Shown: positions 1 through 11,657 of the stretch, piece after piece
Layout: each line of letters begins with the position of its first letter
How positions within the stretch are numbered: position 1 is the first letter of the stretch
Assembly: GCA_964016885.1 (NCBI GenBank)
Contig: OZ024743.1
Location: 230,392,001 to 230,456,000 of the forward strand
Direction: 5' to 3'
DNA length: 64,000 nt
Source of the DNA: Eledone cirrhosa
Lineage: Eukaryota
Notes under the pieces: generated by a model
What the model saw: the letters and a program-made list of their open reading frames with translations, nothing else
Database searches by the model: none
Told to the model about the DNA's origin: nothing
Program-made: the position numbers and the translations under genes

Positions 1-69
1 ATATAAATTACACCCTCGAAGTATTTTTCTCCTTTCAATGCAGTCGTTATAAATAATATCTGGCACACA

Positions 70-420
70 ATTTGCCAATGTGTTATCGAAGAATTTGGGC
101 ACGTATCGAGAGTTTGACTAGAGAAGCACAAACGTGCGCGAACCTGAACCTGTATCCTTGACAGCTTCTGCCTAAAGCTAAACCACATAAATATTGTATG
201 GGATAAAACTGGCTTCGGTGGCTCTTTGATTAGTTGGATCAATCAAAGCTTTTCTATAGGTTTGGATAGTATTACTTGCCAACTGTCCTTAGAGCGGTAG
301 ATTTCGGTACCATATTTAGGAGAGGGATGGAACATTCTATCCTCTCTTATGTCATCTGTATGGACTATCAATTGTGCCACAGCCATGGGAAATAGAGTTG
401 TTGAAACCAATCCATTTTGA
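70..420 (+). pseudogene. Highly decayed Tx1/L1-type LINE RT fragment
   Basis: Colinear by eye with the RT region of Tx1 copies in this window: 'gagaagcacaaacgtgcgcg' vs 'gaggcacagacatgcgcc', and 'ggcttcggtggctctttgattagttggatcaatcaaagc' vs 'ggctttggtggggccctgatcaacttggatcaatctaaagc' (DQSK motif). Boundaries approximate. Confidence 0.5.
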
Positions 421-666
421 ATTGGGATTCGAGTAGCAGTCTTGGGACATGCGATTAATGTCATCGTAATGATATCGGACATCACGGATTCTGATACCAC
501 TCTAATGAATATGAATTGTTGCAGGTTCTAATGCCCAAATCGGACAAATGGCCAGAGGTTCCAAGGCTTCCTTCAAATTAAAGTATTAAAGTATCTATGA
601 CTACTCTCTCAATTCTTGCTGCTGCTAACAAGACTGTTTTTATTTCTGTACCGATATTATTATTAA

Positions 667-793
667 GGTGGATTGGCAGTATCGGTAAAGCGTCGGATAC
701 GCTGCTTCACAACATAGAGTTCCGTTACGTTCTGAGTCCAAATCCGGCCGAGGTTAACTTTGCCTTTCATCCTTTCGGGATCGATAAAATATA
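667..793 (+). mobile_element. tRNA-derived SINE (family A), 3'-truncated
   Basis: A-box-like 'tggcagtatcggta', B-box-like 'gagtccaaatcc', central 'gcctttcatcctttcgggatcgataaaat'. Repeated at 1377, 1617, 34376, 36795 and 58270. Confidence 0.85.
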
Positions 794-1061
794 GTGCCCA
801 AATCGTTAAACATTCGGATGTGATGCTTTGCCTTGTTTAATCTGGCACTATGTGTGTTCTGAGAGGAAGTCCCACGCCCTTTTTCGAAGAGTTATAACTG
901 GCATATAATATGAGATTGCAATAGACGGTTGGAAAAAGCTATGATGTAGTTAAGAAGTCGGCAATGCTTCATCTGACCATGAGAGAGAGACAAAACACTT
1001 TAATGAGAATCAGGTGCAGCTATGACCACTCCAAATTTGCAGTATTTAATTTTTATTATAT

Positions 1062-1220
1062 GGCGGCGTATCGGCAGAGGCGCAAGGGACTCGGATTAAA
1101 AATGCTTCGGCAATTGCTCCAGCTCCCACCACTCTGAGTTCAAATCACACTGAAATCACGTTTGCATTTTCTCATTTCAAAGTTGACAAAAACGTAGCAG
1201 TCCAGTGCTGGGCCCAATTT
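1062..1220 (+). mobile_element. Old, diverged SINE copy (family A-related)
   Basis: 'ctctgagttcaaatc' B-box followed by a degenerate central domain 'tttgcattttctcatttcaaagttgacaaaa'. Confidence 0.55.
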
Positions 1221-1376
1221 TACATCATTCTTTTTCTCTCTAAGAAATCAGCTGTGTTCAGACATGGAAAGGGATGGGATCCACCAGTTTTAAAATGCCG
1301 CGTTATAAGACGGCGTACTTGCGACACACTCAGGAGTGAAAAGACGAAGAAAGAATTTGTATTATATTAATATACA

Positions 1377-1558
1377 GGGATTGGCAGTATCGGTAGAAGG
1401 GCGGACGCTATGCTTTGCAGCATAGAGTGAAGACCCTTTATGATCTGAATTCAAATCCCACCGAGGTTAACTTTGCCTTTCATCCTTACGGGGTCGATAA
1501 AATAAAGTACCAGTTATGCACTGGGATAATTGCTGGCCTTGTGCCAAAACAGAAACAA
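1377..1558 (+). mobile_element. tRNA-derived SINE (family A), near full length
   Basis: Near-identical to 36795-36971; ends 'aattgctggccttgtgccaaaacagaaac'. The central domain resembles the MetaSINE-type domain as I recall it (unverified). Confidence 0.9.
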
Positions 1559-1616
1559 TTATATTAATATACAGGTTAATGATATCATTTTATTATCTTA
1601 TCTGTATATAAGAGCG

Positions 1617-1798
1617 ATGGATAGGCAGTATCGGTAGAGTGTCGGAAAAGTTACGGCCCTTTACACTCTGAGTTCAAATCCCACCCAAGTTAGCTTTGCC
1701 TTTCATGCTTACGAGGTTGATGAAATAAAGTACTGGAGTCGATTTAATCGACTTACCTTCCCTCAAAATTGTTGGTCTTGTGCCTAAATCAGAAACCA
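1617..1798 (+). mobile_element. tRNA-derived SINE (family A variant)
   Basis: Same head, B-box and central domain; variant 3' part 'gagtcgatttaatcgact...gtgcctaaatcagaaac'. Confidence 0.8.
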
Positions 1799-2127
1799 TT
1801 ATTATAGCATTATATGATATATATCTTATAACGTATTATGAATGTCTAAAGATATAATTCTCACTTTGGTAGCGACAGTTCTAGTGTTCATGTCCCAAGA
1901 AGAACCTTATATATCAGTTTTCAGACAGTAAAAGAATGAAATCATATAGGAACACTTTGAAAGGAAGTCTTTGTTGACAAAGGTAGAATTTTGGTGAAAT
2001 TTTTACCAGAGATCAACACATAACAACCTTCCCTCTATGGTTAATAATTGTATATCAGAGTGCACACTATTGTCCTTACCGAAACCATGGTATGCCGCTG
2101 CAACTTATACTACCACCAAAACCTTTG

Positions 2128-2185
2128 CTACGACAACAACAATAACTACTACTACTACTACTATTACTACTACTACTACTACTAT

Positions 2186-2248
<63 letters not shown>

Positions 2249-2254
2249 CAACAA

Positions 2255-2308
<54 letters not shown>

Positions 2309-2314
2309 CAACAA

Positions 2315-2383
<69 letters not shown>

Positions 2384-2385
2384 AA
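2128..2385. repeat. (TAC)n microsatellite
   Basis: Near-perfect tac repeats with two 'caacaa' interruptions; explains the poly-T/Y/V ORFs. Confidence 0.98.
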
Positions 2386-2867
2386 ACATCAAGACCAACA
2401 TCATCACTTCTAATGTCTTTTGAACAAACGTTTTTTTTTAATTAGGAGCTGAACCACATGAATTTCAACAACCTACTTCCATTTTCACACAGTATAATAA
2501 CTTCCATTTTGTTATTCGTATCTCATCTCTTAGTCCTGATATAATCTTTATTTGATCAGAATATATGGTGTTGTTTTAGCGTTTTACATTATAATAGTCA
2601 ACATATCCTATCAATTATTTCCCAAAAAGAAGTTTTAATATTTTCTTACACCTTATCTATATTTCCTATAATATAAACAATTGGCAGTTACTATATATCC
2701 AACGCCTTAACTGTAAACATCAAGGTATAATGTGTAGTTATTATTTGAATTATCGTCAATGTATAGTGTAGCTGTTACAATTGTCTATATGTATGCATAT
2801 TTACGACTGTATACGTGTCAGTAGAACATCGGCAATAGTTTTTTTACGCACACGAATATGAAATACA

Positions 2868-3510
<643 letters not shown>

Positions 3511-4261
3511 ACACATCTGCTAAATATGATCTTCACCAATGTGAGATAAATAGGTGTGAAATGCTTTTCGTCAATGTATAGTGTAGCTGTTACAATTGGG
3601 TGAAAGAGATATTCCTGTTCTTTTCCACGTATCCTTCCGCAGTGTAAACAAAAATTTATATTATTTTTGCCACTTCACTATATTTGCCTACATTTACTAT
3701 ACAATCTCTTTCTTATTTTTGAATTTCGTTTTTCTCATATTTTTCAACTCTTAGTTCAAAATTCTATAGTATAGGTTTTACTTTCAACGCAGGAAATAAC
3801 TATACCCACAATCTGTCTCTATCAATAATAGGTAAGAATATCATGTTGAATATACATATAGACGGAAAAAAGTGGTCAACAGTCCTTACGGGGAAGAAAC
3901 CTCTGTATATCTCAATAAGTGAGCGAGTGCGTTTACCATTACTCTAAGGGACTGCTGATCACACATTTCGACTAATTTAAAGAGCTATACTAAACAGCTT
4001 GTGGCTAATCCCGGAGGTAATCATATCTTAGGGATTATGGAAGCGAGGGGTGATTTGACGGTTTTGTTCCATTTGATGTAGGATTGGTCGGGAGACCGTG
4101 TCTCGCTCGTACGGAAGTGTCTCTGACAGGTTTTCTAACACCAACCACATTTACTGTGTGTACTGGGAGCCTTTTTACCGTGTCTCCTTAACGACCACTT
4201 TACATTGTGGACTGGGTGGTTTTTGTTGTGTCACCGACACAGTGAACGGAAATGGAAGGAT

Positions 4262-4972
4262 ACCACCAAAAAAATCTCCACAATCATCATCATCTCTTAA
4301 ACTATCGCACCACCTATTAAAACTAAAAAGAAAAACAAAAAGAAAACACCATCAGCCAACATCACCACAAACATCATCACCGCTAACAATACCATGTACC
4401 ATCATCTTCCAAAGAATTCCAGCACCGACCAAGGGAAACACGTCACCATCAAATATCACCAGCTCCCCCCCCCCCCCACCCACCCACCCCCAAACATGCC
4501 CCAATGTCACCATCACTACAAGCAGCATCACGAACCAACCTCGCTACAAAAATCGCCACTATCGCCCAACCAATGTCACTATATCGTTCATCATCACTAT
4601 CAAAACACCACCACTACCAAGACAACCAGCAGCAACAGCAACAACATTAATAAAGATCCAACAACTCCAACATCGCCCAATCAATATCGCAATATCATTG
4701 TCGTTATCATCAACAGCAGCACTATTATTAGTAGCAGCAGCAACACCACCAGCACTGGCGTTGATACCAGCACCAGCACCAGACCCTCCACCACCACCAC
4801 CACCACCACCGCCACTGCCAATGCCGCCACAAAAACCACCACCATCACCACCCTCACTACCACCACCACCACCGCCATCAATACCACCGCCACCAAAACC
4901 ACCACCACCTAAATCACCACCTAAACAACCACCACCACAACCTCCTCCATCACCACCACCACCTCCACCAAC
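4262..4972. repeat. Degenerate (CAC)n low-complexity region
   Basis: acc/cac-rich; the Pro- and Thr-rich ORFs occur in several frames. Confidence 0.8.
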
Positions 4973-5573
4973 AGCTTTTTATGTTTATTTTCACCATTTA
5001 TCATAATTTATTTCATCTTCTGTCACCCCGGAATGTATACAAATATAATTTTCTATTCCAACTTACTTTCCATCTCTCTATCTCTTCTCCCCCACTCCAT
5101 CTCCCTCTCTCACGCACAACACTCTACTTTTACCTTTATTTATTTATTTATTCATCTATTTACCTGTTAATATATTGTCTTTTGCTTTCTGTCTATTTAG
5201 ATGAGGGTTTTTTAAAATATATTTTCACTTCTTTTTACAACAATTCCTCTGTCACTCCTTCCCTCAACCAATTGCCCAGGCGCTCTCTTTATTTATTGTA
5301 TATATACCGTTTATTTATTGTAGATTTACCTCCCTTTTCTTCCCCACCAACATCTTATTTATTCTTTGTTTGGTTCTCTTGTCTTTCTTCTTTAGAGATT
5401 GTTGTTTTGTCGTGCTTTTCTGTTTTGTTTTGGTTTGTTATTTTGTCACAGAGTCTGTCTTTTTCTGTATATAACTAATCTATCTGTATCTGTCTATCTA
5501 TTCTTCTATATGTTCCCCTGTCTGCTTATCTATTAGTCAATCTGTCTATAAATATATCTATCTATCTGTCAGG

Positions 5574-5843
5574 TTGCCCGACCGCATAGTGCTGGATGGG
5601 CTTGCCTACTTACACATCACAATGGAGGGTAGACTACCCGCTTGTTACCTCTGTGGTGGCAGAGGTCACCTGAGGGCTGCCTGTTCCCAAGCAAACAAAA
5701 AAACACCGATTGTGCCAACACCAACAACTACAACACTAACAACACAACCTCCACTACCACCACAAAAACAACTAACACCACAAATTAAAACACAACTGAA
5801 AGCAATCCCACCCATCACCCCACACAGAAAACAAATACAATAA
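5574..5843 (+). pseudogene. LINE ORF1 C-terminal fragment with CCHC zinc knuckle
   Basis: CYLCGGRGHLRAAC (CX2CX4HX4C) followed by a P/T-rich tail. Confidence 0.85.
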
Positions 5844-5894
5844 CACCCACACCACAAACACGAGCCGAAAATGAACCCCTCCCCTCGAATACGG

Positions 5895-8800
5895 AAGACG
5901 ATCCCCTTTCGTGGGGGACTGGAATGGTATCCTAGATGCACGTTGGGACTATGTAGGGTCATATCCTGATAGAGGGGTTGTAACAGCCTGAAGGGGTTAA
6001 TCGGCCGATTCGACTTGGCCGATAGATATCGACTAGATTTTCCGAATGTGCCAACCTGGACTTGGATAAACGACAGCGGTTAATCTAGATCGTATCTAGA
6101 TAGGTTCTAAGTTAGAAATAAGGATAGGGACATTTTAAATTGTCCAAAAATGCTCATGGTTGCCTATTCAAGTTAGTGACCTCCATGGTCAACCTTGATA
6201 GAACGCATAGACAGGGACCCGGTTACTGGAAGATCAACTTGTCCTTACCGGCAAGTAAATCTTACAGGAACCGGATTAGTACATTAGTTAAGGAGCGGTT
6301 GACGGGCGCCATCGTCAACAGCAGGTGGTGGGGCTCTCTAAAAAGAGAGATTAGAGTAGCTTTAATATGAGTTAGTAAGGAGTTAGCCTCAGATAGAAAT
6401 AGGAAGGAAAGGGAGTTGGTAGATAATGTAGAAGTGGCAATTATAAAAGGCGACGGAGCCAGAGTGCTAGCGTCGAGAACGGCCTTGGGCCTGTTCTTTG
6501 ACGCGAAACACGAAGGCTGCATTTTTCCGAAGCAAAATACGGGCTCTGGGAAACGAGGGGATCGAAGCTGTTAGTTGGTCCCGCGTGACAGAAGCCAAAA
6601 GTGGGACTAGATCCACTACCTGGTCTTTGCGAGACCAGGATGGACGGGTGATCCTTGAACCTAAGCAGATGTGCGAGGCCTTTCAAAGGCACTTTGCCCG
6701 ATTGTTCGGAAGGGACGAGGGGCCGGATGGGGATGTAGACCTCGGTCCATACCTCGACGGCTTGCCGCGTCTTTCGGACGAGGAGGCGAACGCCTGCGAG
6801 AGGCCGATCTCAGCTGCTGAAATAGGGAACGTGCTGAGCCAATGCGACAGACGCAAATCTCCTGGCCTCGATGGTCTTCCATACGAACTGTATTTAATTA
6901 TGCCGAACTTGTTCTTCGATCTCCTCCAAGCGGTCTACAGCAACTGGCAACAGAACGGGAGAATTCCCTGTTCTGTGACCAAGGGCGTAGTCTCGCTAGT
7001 GAGGAAAGACGAGAACAAGGGGGATGAAATAAGTAATTTTAGGCCCATAACACTGCTGAATGCAAAGTTAAAAATTTTGGCCAAGATGTTAATAAAAAGG
7101 GATGGCGCTTGTCGTGGGCAACCTAGTGGGAGATGCGCAGACATGCGCCATCCCGTCCAGGTCCATTCACGACAACCTCCATCTCATGCGATACATCATA
7201 GAGATGGTTGGGAACGAACCCGGCTTTGGTGGGGCCCTGATCAACTTGGATCAATCTAAAGCCTACGATAGGGTCGACCATCGTTACCTAGATGCGGTGC
7301 TAGTGGCGGCAGGTTTCGGACCCGTTTTCACGGGTGGATCACTGCCATGCACAGCAGCCGCATCTGCTCTAGGGTCAAGGTGAACGGCTACCTCTCAGAG
7401 TCGTTCGAAATCACGCGGTCTATCCGACATGGATGCCCTCTCTCCTCCCTTCTGTATGTATTGGCCCTAGATCCACTGCTGCGAAAGTTGGAGTTGTGAG
7501 ACGGCATCCCTTTGGAACCGGGATTGCGGAAAGCGGTGTCGGCCTACGCCGATGACGTGACATAAATGGTGTCAACTGCCTCGGAAATCGGAGAGATAGG
7601 CACCTTACTGGAGGAATACGAAACGTTTACGGGGCTAAGCTGAACCGGGACAAGTCAGTCGGTTTGAAACTCGGCGAGTGGATGGGGGGGGGGATGACCT
7701 CCATCGGCGTCGTCGGACGTTGGACGGGGGGCCCGGGGAAGTTGTTCGGGGTCTGGTTCCGGCCAGACATCCAGATGGAGACGAACTGGGGTGAGGTATC
7801 GAACAGGGTGTTTGCGCTGACGTGGAATGGGCTGAGTGCAAACTATCCCTGAAAGGTCGGGCGGAGGTGGCGAACGCTTATATAGCGTCCGTCATCTATT
7901 ACCGCCTCACCGTCGTGCCTTGCCCAAGGGAAACGCTCACCAAAATGGAGCACGCACTCTTCCATTTTTTTTTGGAAGAAGCGTGCTCCTTTGGTGAGGA
8001 GGTCCATCTGCTGTCAACACCCTTCGAAAGGAGGGCTGGGGATGCTGTGTGTGTTGATGCGTAAACACGCATTAAGGCTACGGCACATCCAGGTATTCCT
8101 CACCGGTCAATCGGTGTGGGCCCCGTTTGTGAGGCGAGCCTTTCTGAGACTCGTCTCGCTCACCGAGCTGCAGTCCTGGGTCAAGCGAAGACCGAGAAAA
8201 CTGGGCACCTGGCACACTGAGTGTGCCCAGGCGCTCACGGCTCTCTGGTAGGCGGACTCGGCTCTCGGTGGAGACTCCACCTCGTCATTCTATAGAGGGC
8301 TGGTGGTTAGTAGGTGCGACGACGCCCTCGGACAAGCCCTAGGCATGGAGGAACACGAACTGGCCAGCCTATTCGGGAGGACATTTGGCCCGGGACCTAT
8401 GGACAATTTCCAGAAGTCCCTTGCCTGACAGTGCTACCGAGAGACGCTGCCCGTTCGAGAAAAGCTCTACAGACACGGGCGCTCGGGTAGGGACCCCTCG
8501 AAAAAAATCTGTCCCAGATGCGTGCGCGACGAGGAAACCGTTGCGCACGCATTGGTACAATGCTCGGCGTTGCCGATCTGTGGGGCTATGTCGAACGACT
8601 GCTGTCACGGGTGGGACCAATCCGGTTGACCACTGAGTCCATTGTAACGATCAAGCCGCATCCCAACTTCAAAAACAAAGGAGAGGCGGTCTTCCTCTGT
8701 GTAATAGCCTTGGTGAAAGAGGTGGTATGGTGGACACGTTTGAAAGGGCTGAGGTCGGACACCTTTCTCTCCGACCAACAACTGGTCCTTTTCTTTCAAT

Positions 8801-8925
8801 ACCATTTTAAGAGAAGGATCAGAATGGAGGGAGAGGTGCTCTACCCCAGCAAGTTTTATGAAAGGTGGGTGAAAGTAGCGAGAATGGCCCGTGCGAATGG
8901 GCCTTCTCTCTTTATCAGCCTGTAG
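5895..8925 (+). pseudogene. Tx1-type ORF2 (APE-RT) with frameshifts and stops
   Basis: ORF-track fragments 6140-6370 (GPGYWKIN), 6498-7259, 7102-7383, 7664-8251 and 8518-8925 match consecutive ORF2 blocks of the other copies. Confidence 0.92.
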
Positions 8926-9924
8926 GTGGAAAGGTGGAAGTGCAAAGGAGCACCCTGTCTATGTGCTCATAAGGAAAAGCGTTACACTTTTTCGGGGGTG
9001 TGTGTAACCCCCAAAACGCCTCCTCCCTATTGAGGACTGTATTGTTAATTTTATATTTGCAATTTGTTTTTTACTCGTTCCTTTATGTAAACTCCCCCCT
9101 TGTATTTGACCCCTTCTTTTGTGCCCTCGTGGCAAATAAATAGAAACTTATATATCTATCTATCAATATATTTACCCTCTCTATCATGTTAATATTATTA
9201 GTCATATTGCTGTTCTTAAATATTTCTAATTCTTATGTTTATTAGATTGTTTTCACTTTTTAAAACCTTTGAATAGAGTTTTTTCGTGCTTTATGTTGGT
9301 TTTACCTTGACGACGGCATCATATTGTTCTTGGTCCTGCTGGTGTTGTTATGTTGAAATATTTATCATATAAGGTGTTTTTAGAAATGTTTCTCACACAT
9401 TTTAGTACAAATTGTTTTTAGATGTTATTTTTTGTAGCATTTTTTTGTCGTATTGTAAATGCTTCCACATTATTTCTTGTGATGCTGGCTTGTTTAATCT
9501 CAATTCGTTAACCTTGTTAACACTTTATACATAGCATAAAATGTAAAAATCTGTGCAGATTGGTGATGGTCTGTATTGATGAAAATCTGTCCTTAACGTA
9601 ATTAAAAGGAAATCTTGACAAGATCATTTGATGCAAACCGTAAACGAATCCAAATTTTGGTCTTTTGTACTTCGTCAAAATCAAAGACGATGGTAAGATA
9701 CTTTACTGCTGATATCAATAGTACTTTTCAAAATCTATTAAATCTTCTATGCATTATATATTGTCGAGTAAACCATTGATCCCAATATATTCGCTCAACC
9801 TGCAAGAAAATATTGCTAAATGTGTCTGGAATTACACTAAAAATTGTAATATGCAATACCGAAGGTATAGACACAACGGTCTTGGCTAGAACGCCTTTGA
9901 TGATTTGTCATCAATATTAATATC

Positions 9925-10550
9925 TTACATCAGATTGCAATATCTGACATCAGATGAAATATCTTACGACAAATAACAATAACTTTCGAAAGATAGCTAC
10001 ATCTTGTCACAAATAGCAATATCTTACAATAGATAGCAATATTTTATGAGAGATAGCTATATCTTAAAAGAAATTGCTATATCTTACGAAAAATATCTTA
10101 CGGCGTATACCAATATCATACGACAGTTATCATTATCTTACGATAGATGGCAATATCTTACGAGAAATATCAATATCTTATGACGGATATACGGAATATC
10201 TTACGAGAGATATCAATATTTATCGTTAGATACCAATATCTTACGTTTAGATACCGATATCTTACGATAGTTCTCAAAATCTTACAACCGATATCAATAT
10301 CGTATGAGAAATAGCAATATTGTACGTTAGATAGCAATATGTTACTACACATTTCAATACCATACGACTGATAGCAAGATTAAACGAAAGGGAATATATC
10401 ATAAGTTAGACAGCAATATCTTAGAAGAAATTGCAGTATATTACGTCAGATAACAATATTTTACATCATATAGCAATATCTTACTACAAATACCAATATA
10501 TTACATTAGGGAGCAATATCTCAGGACAAATTGCAATACCTTACAATGTC
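9925..10550. repeat. Degenerate ~21-bp minisatellite (gatagcaatatcttacga-like)
   Basis: 'aatatcttac' recurs with ~21-bp spacing, roughly 28-30 units. Confidence 0.88.
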
Positions 10551-11004
10551 TTGCAGTATTAACGCCGGCTCTTTGCGCTCTGGCTATCAATCTGTCTAAA
10601 GTTACTTTTGCGGGCTACCGTTTCGTGTTCAATAGTTAACGTACCAGTCCATCAGTGGAGCCATTCTTATCTCTATCTGTATTTTCTTCCAATAATACTT
10701 GTAATTCAAGAGTCAAATCATGAGAAGTACATTAAGAATACTCGTTCCGCTGAAATACGCATTGGCATTCATGCAAAGAAAACAACTGAACATTCACTGT
10801 CGAGACCAGCGGAGAATACATCACCACTCTATAACTCTAAAGAAACGTACGCAATGGTCACTGTTGAAATAGTTTTAACCAGGTTTGTTCAATCAGAGAT
10901 GGCCCAAGTATTAACAACAACAACATCAGTTACACTGTATAAAATTATATATTACAAGAGAGCAGCAATTTTAAAAGAGCTGCGACTTCAGTCATTTAAT
11001 TTAC

Positions 11005-11560
11005 ATGGTGGTGGTGGCGGTGGTAGTGTTGGTAGAAGTAGTGGTAGTCGTAGTGGTGATAGTACAAGGATGTGTAGTGGTGGTGGTGGTCCTGGATTTG
11101 GTGGTGATGGTGGTAGTGATAATGGTATTGGTGGTGGTAGTATTGGCAGTGGTGGTGGTCGTCGTCGTGGTGTTGGTGTTTGTTGTAGGGTTGGTGGTGG
11201 TAGTGATAATAGTAATGGCGGTGGTAGTGGGGATGGTGGTTATGATAATGTTTGTAGTGAGGATAATGCTGACGGGATAGATACGAAATGGGAAGAAACT
11301 GGCAGTACTTGACGACATTCCTTTGCGCTGAGACAAAGTATCTGCGGAGGTGGTGGTAGATGTGGCAGTGGTGTTATATACTGGTGGTGGTGAAAGACAT
11401 TGGTGAAGGGGGATGGCGTCAGTATAACAGTTGAAAGGGCGATGGTTGCCATAAGGGAGAGGGAGTAAGGTTGATGTGAAATTAATCATAGTAGTGATGG
11501 TGATGGTAGTGGTGATAGTAGTGACGGTTATGAATTTGTGGGGGTAGTATAAAGTTGCTG
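11005..11560. repeat. Degenerate (GGT)n low-complexity region
   Basis: ggt/gat/agt triplet-rich; Gly/Val/Thr ORFs in several frames. Confidence 0.85.
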
Positions 11561-11657
11561 GTGATGATTTTGTGGATGAATGTGTTGGTAATAGTGATGG
11601 ATTTTATAGAGCTATTTGTTGTTTGATGGTTGTGATGTTAGTAGTTATTGTCATGAC

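Larger units (their letters stand above)
5567..9149 (+). mobile_element. Tx1/L1-clade LINE, 5'-truncated and internally deleted, with 15-bp TSD
   Basis: ORF1 zinc knuckle, partial APE endonuclease, RT motifs (KSPGLDGLPYELY, NFRPITLLN, DQSKAYDRVDH, AYADDV), C-terminal Cys/His region, 3' 'aataaa'. Flanked by 'atatatctatctatc' at 5552-5566 and 9150-9164. Confidence 0.93.

Noticed and set aside
487-500. TGGTATCAGA on the minus strand resembling a tRNA-Met primer-binding site
   Set aside because: Only a 10-nt match to the plant-type PBS, with no LTR or gag nearby; adjacent sequence is LINE-derived.
667-1798. tRNA genes
   Set aside because: A/B boxes belong to SINE heads; no cloverleaf.
4098-5006. 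302-aa proline-rich ORF (extensin/formin-like)
   Set aside because: GTG start, (CAC)n low complexity open in multiple frames, no domain; at most a decayed LINE ORF1 tail.
9306-9320. CUUGACGACGG as a hammerhead core
   Set aside because: No downstream stem II/GAAA or closing stem I.
10608-11312. Gly-rich 234-aa ORF
   Set aside because: TTG start; the C-terminal half is (GGT)n repeat; no recognisable domain or splice support.
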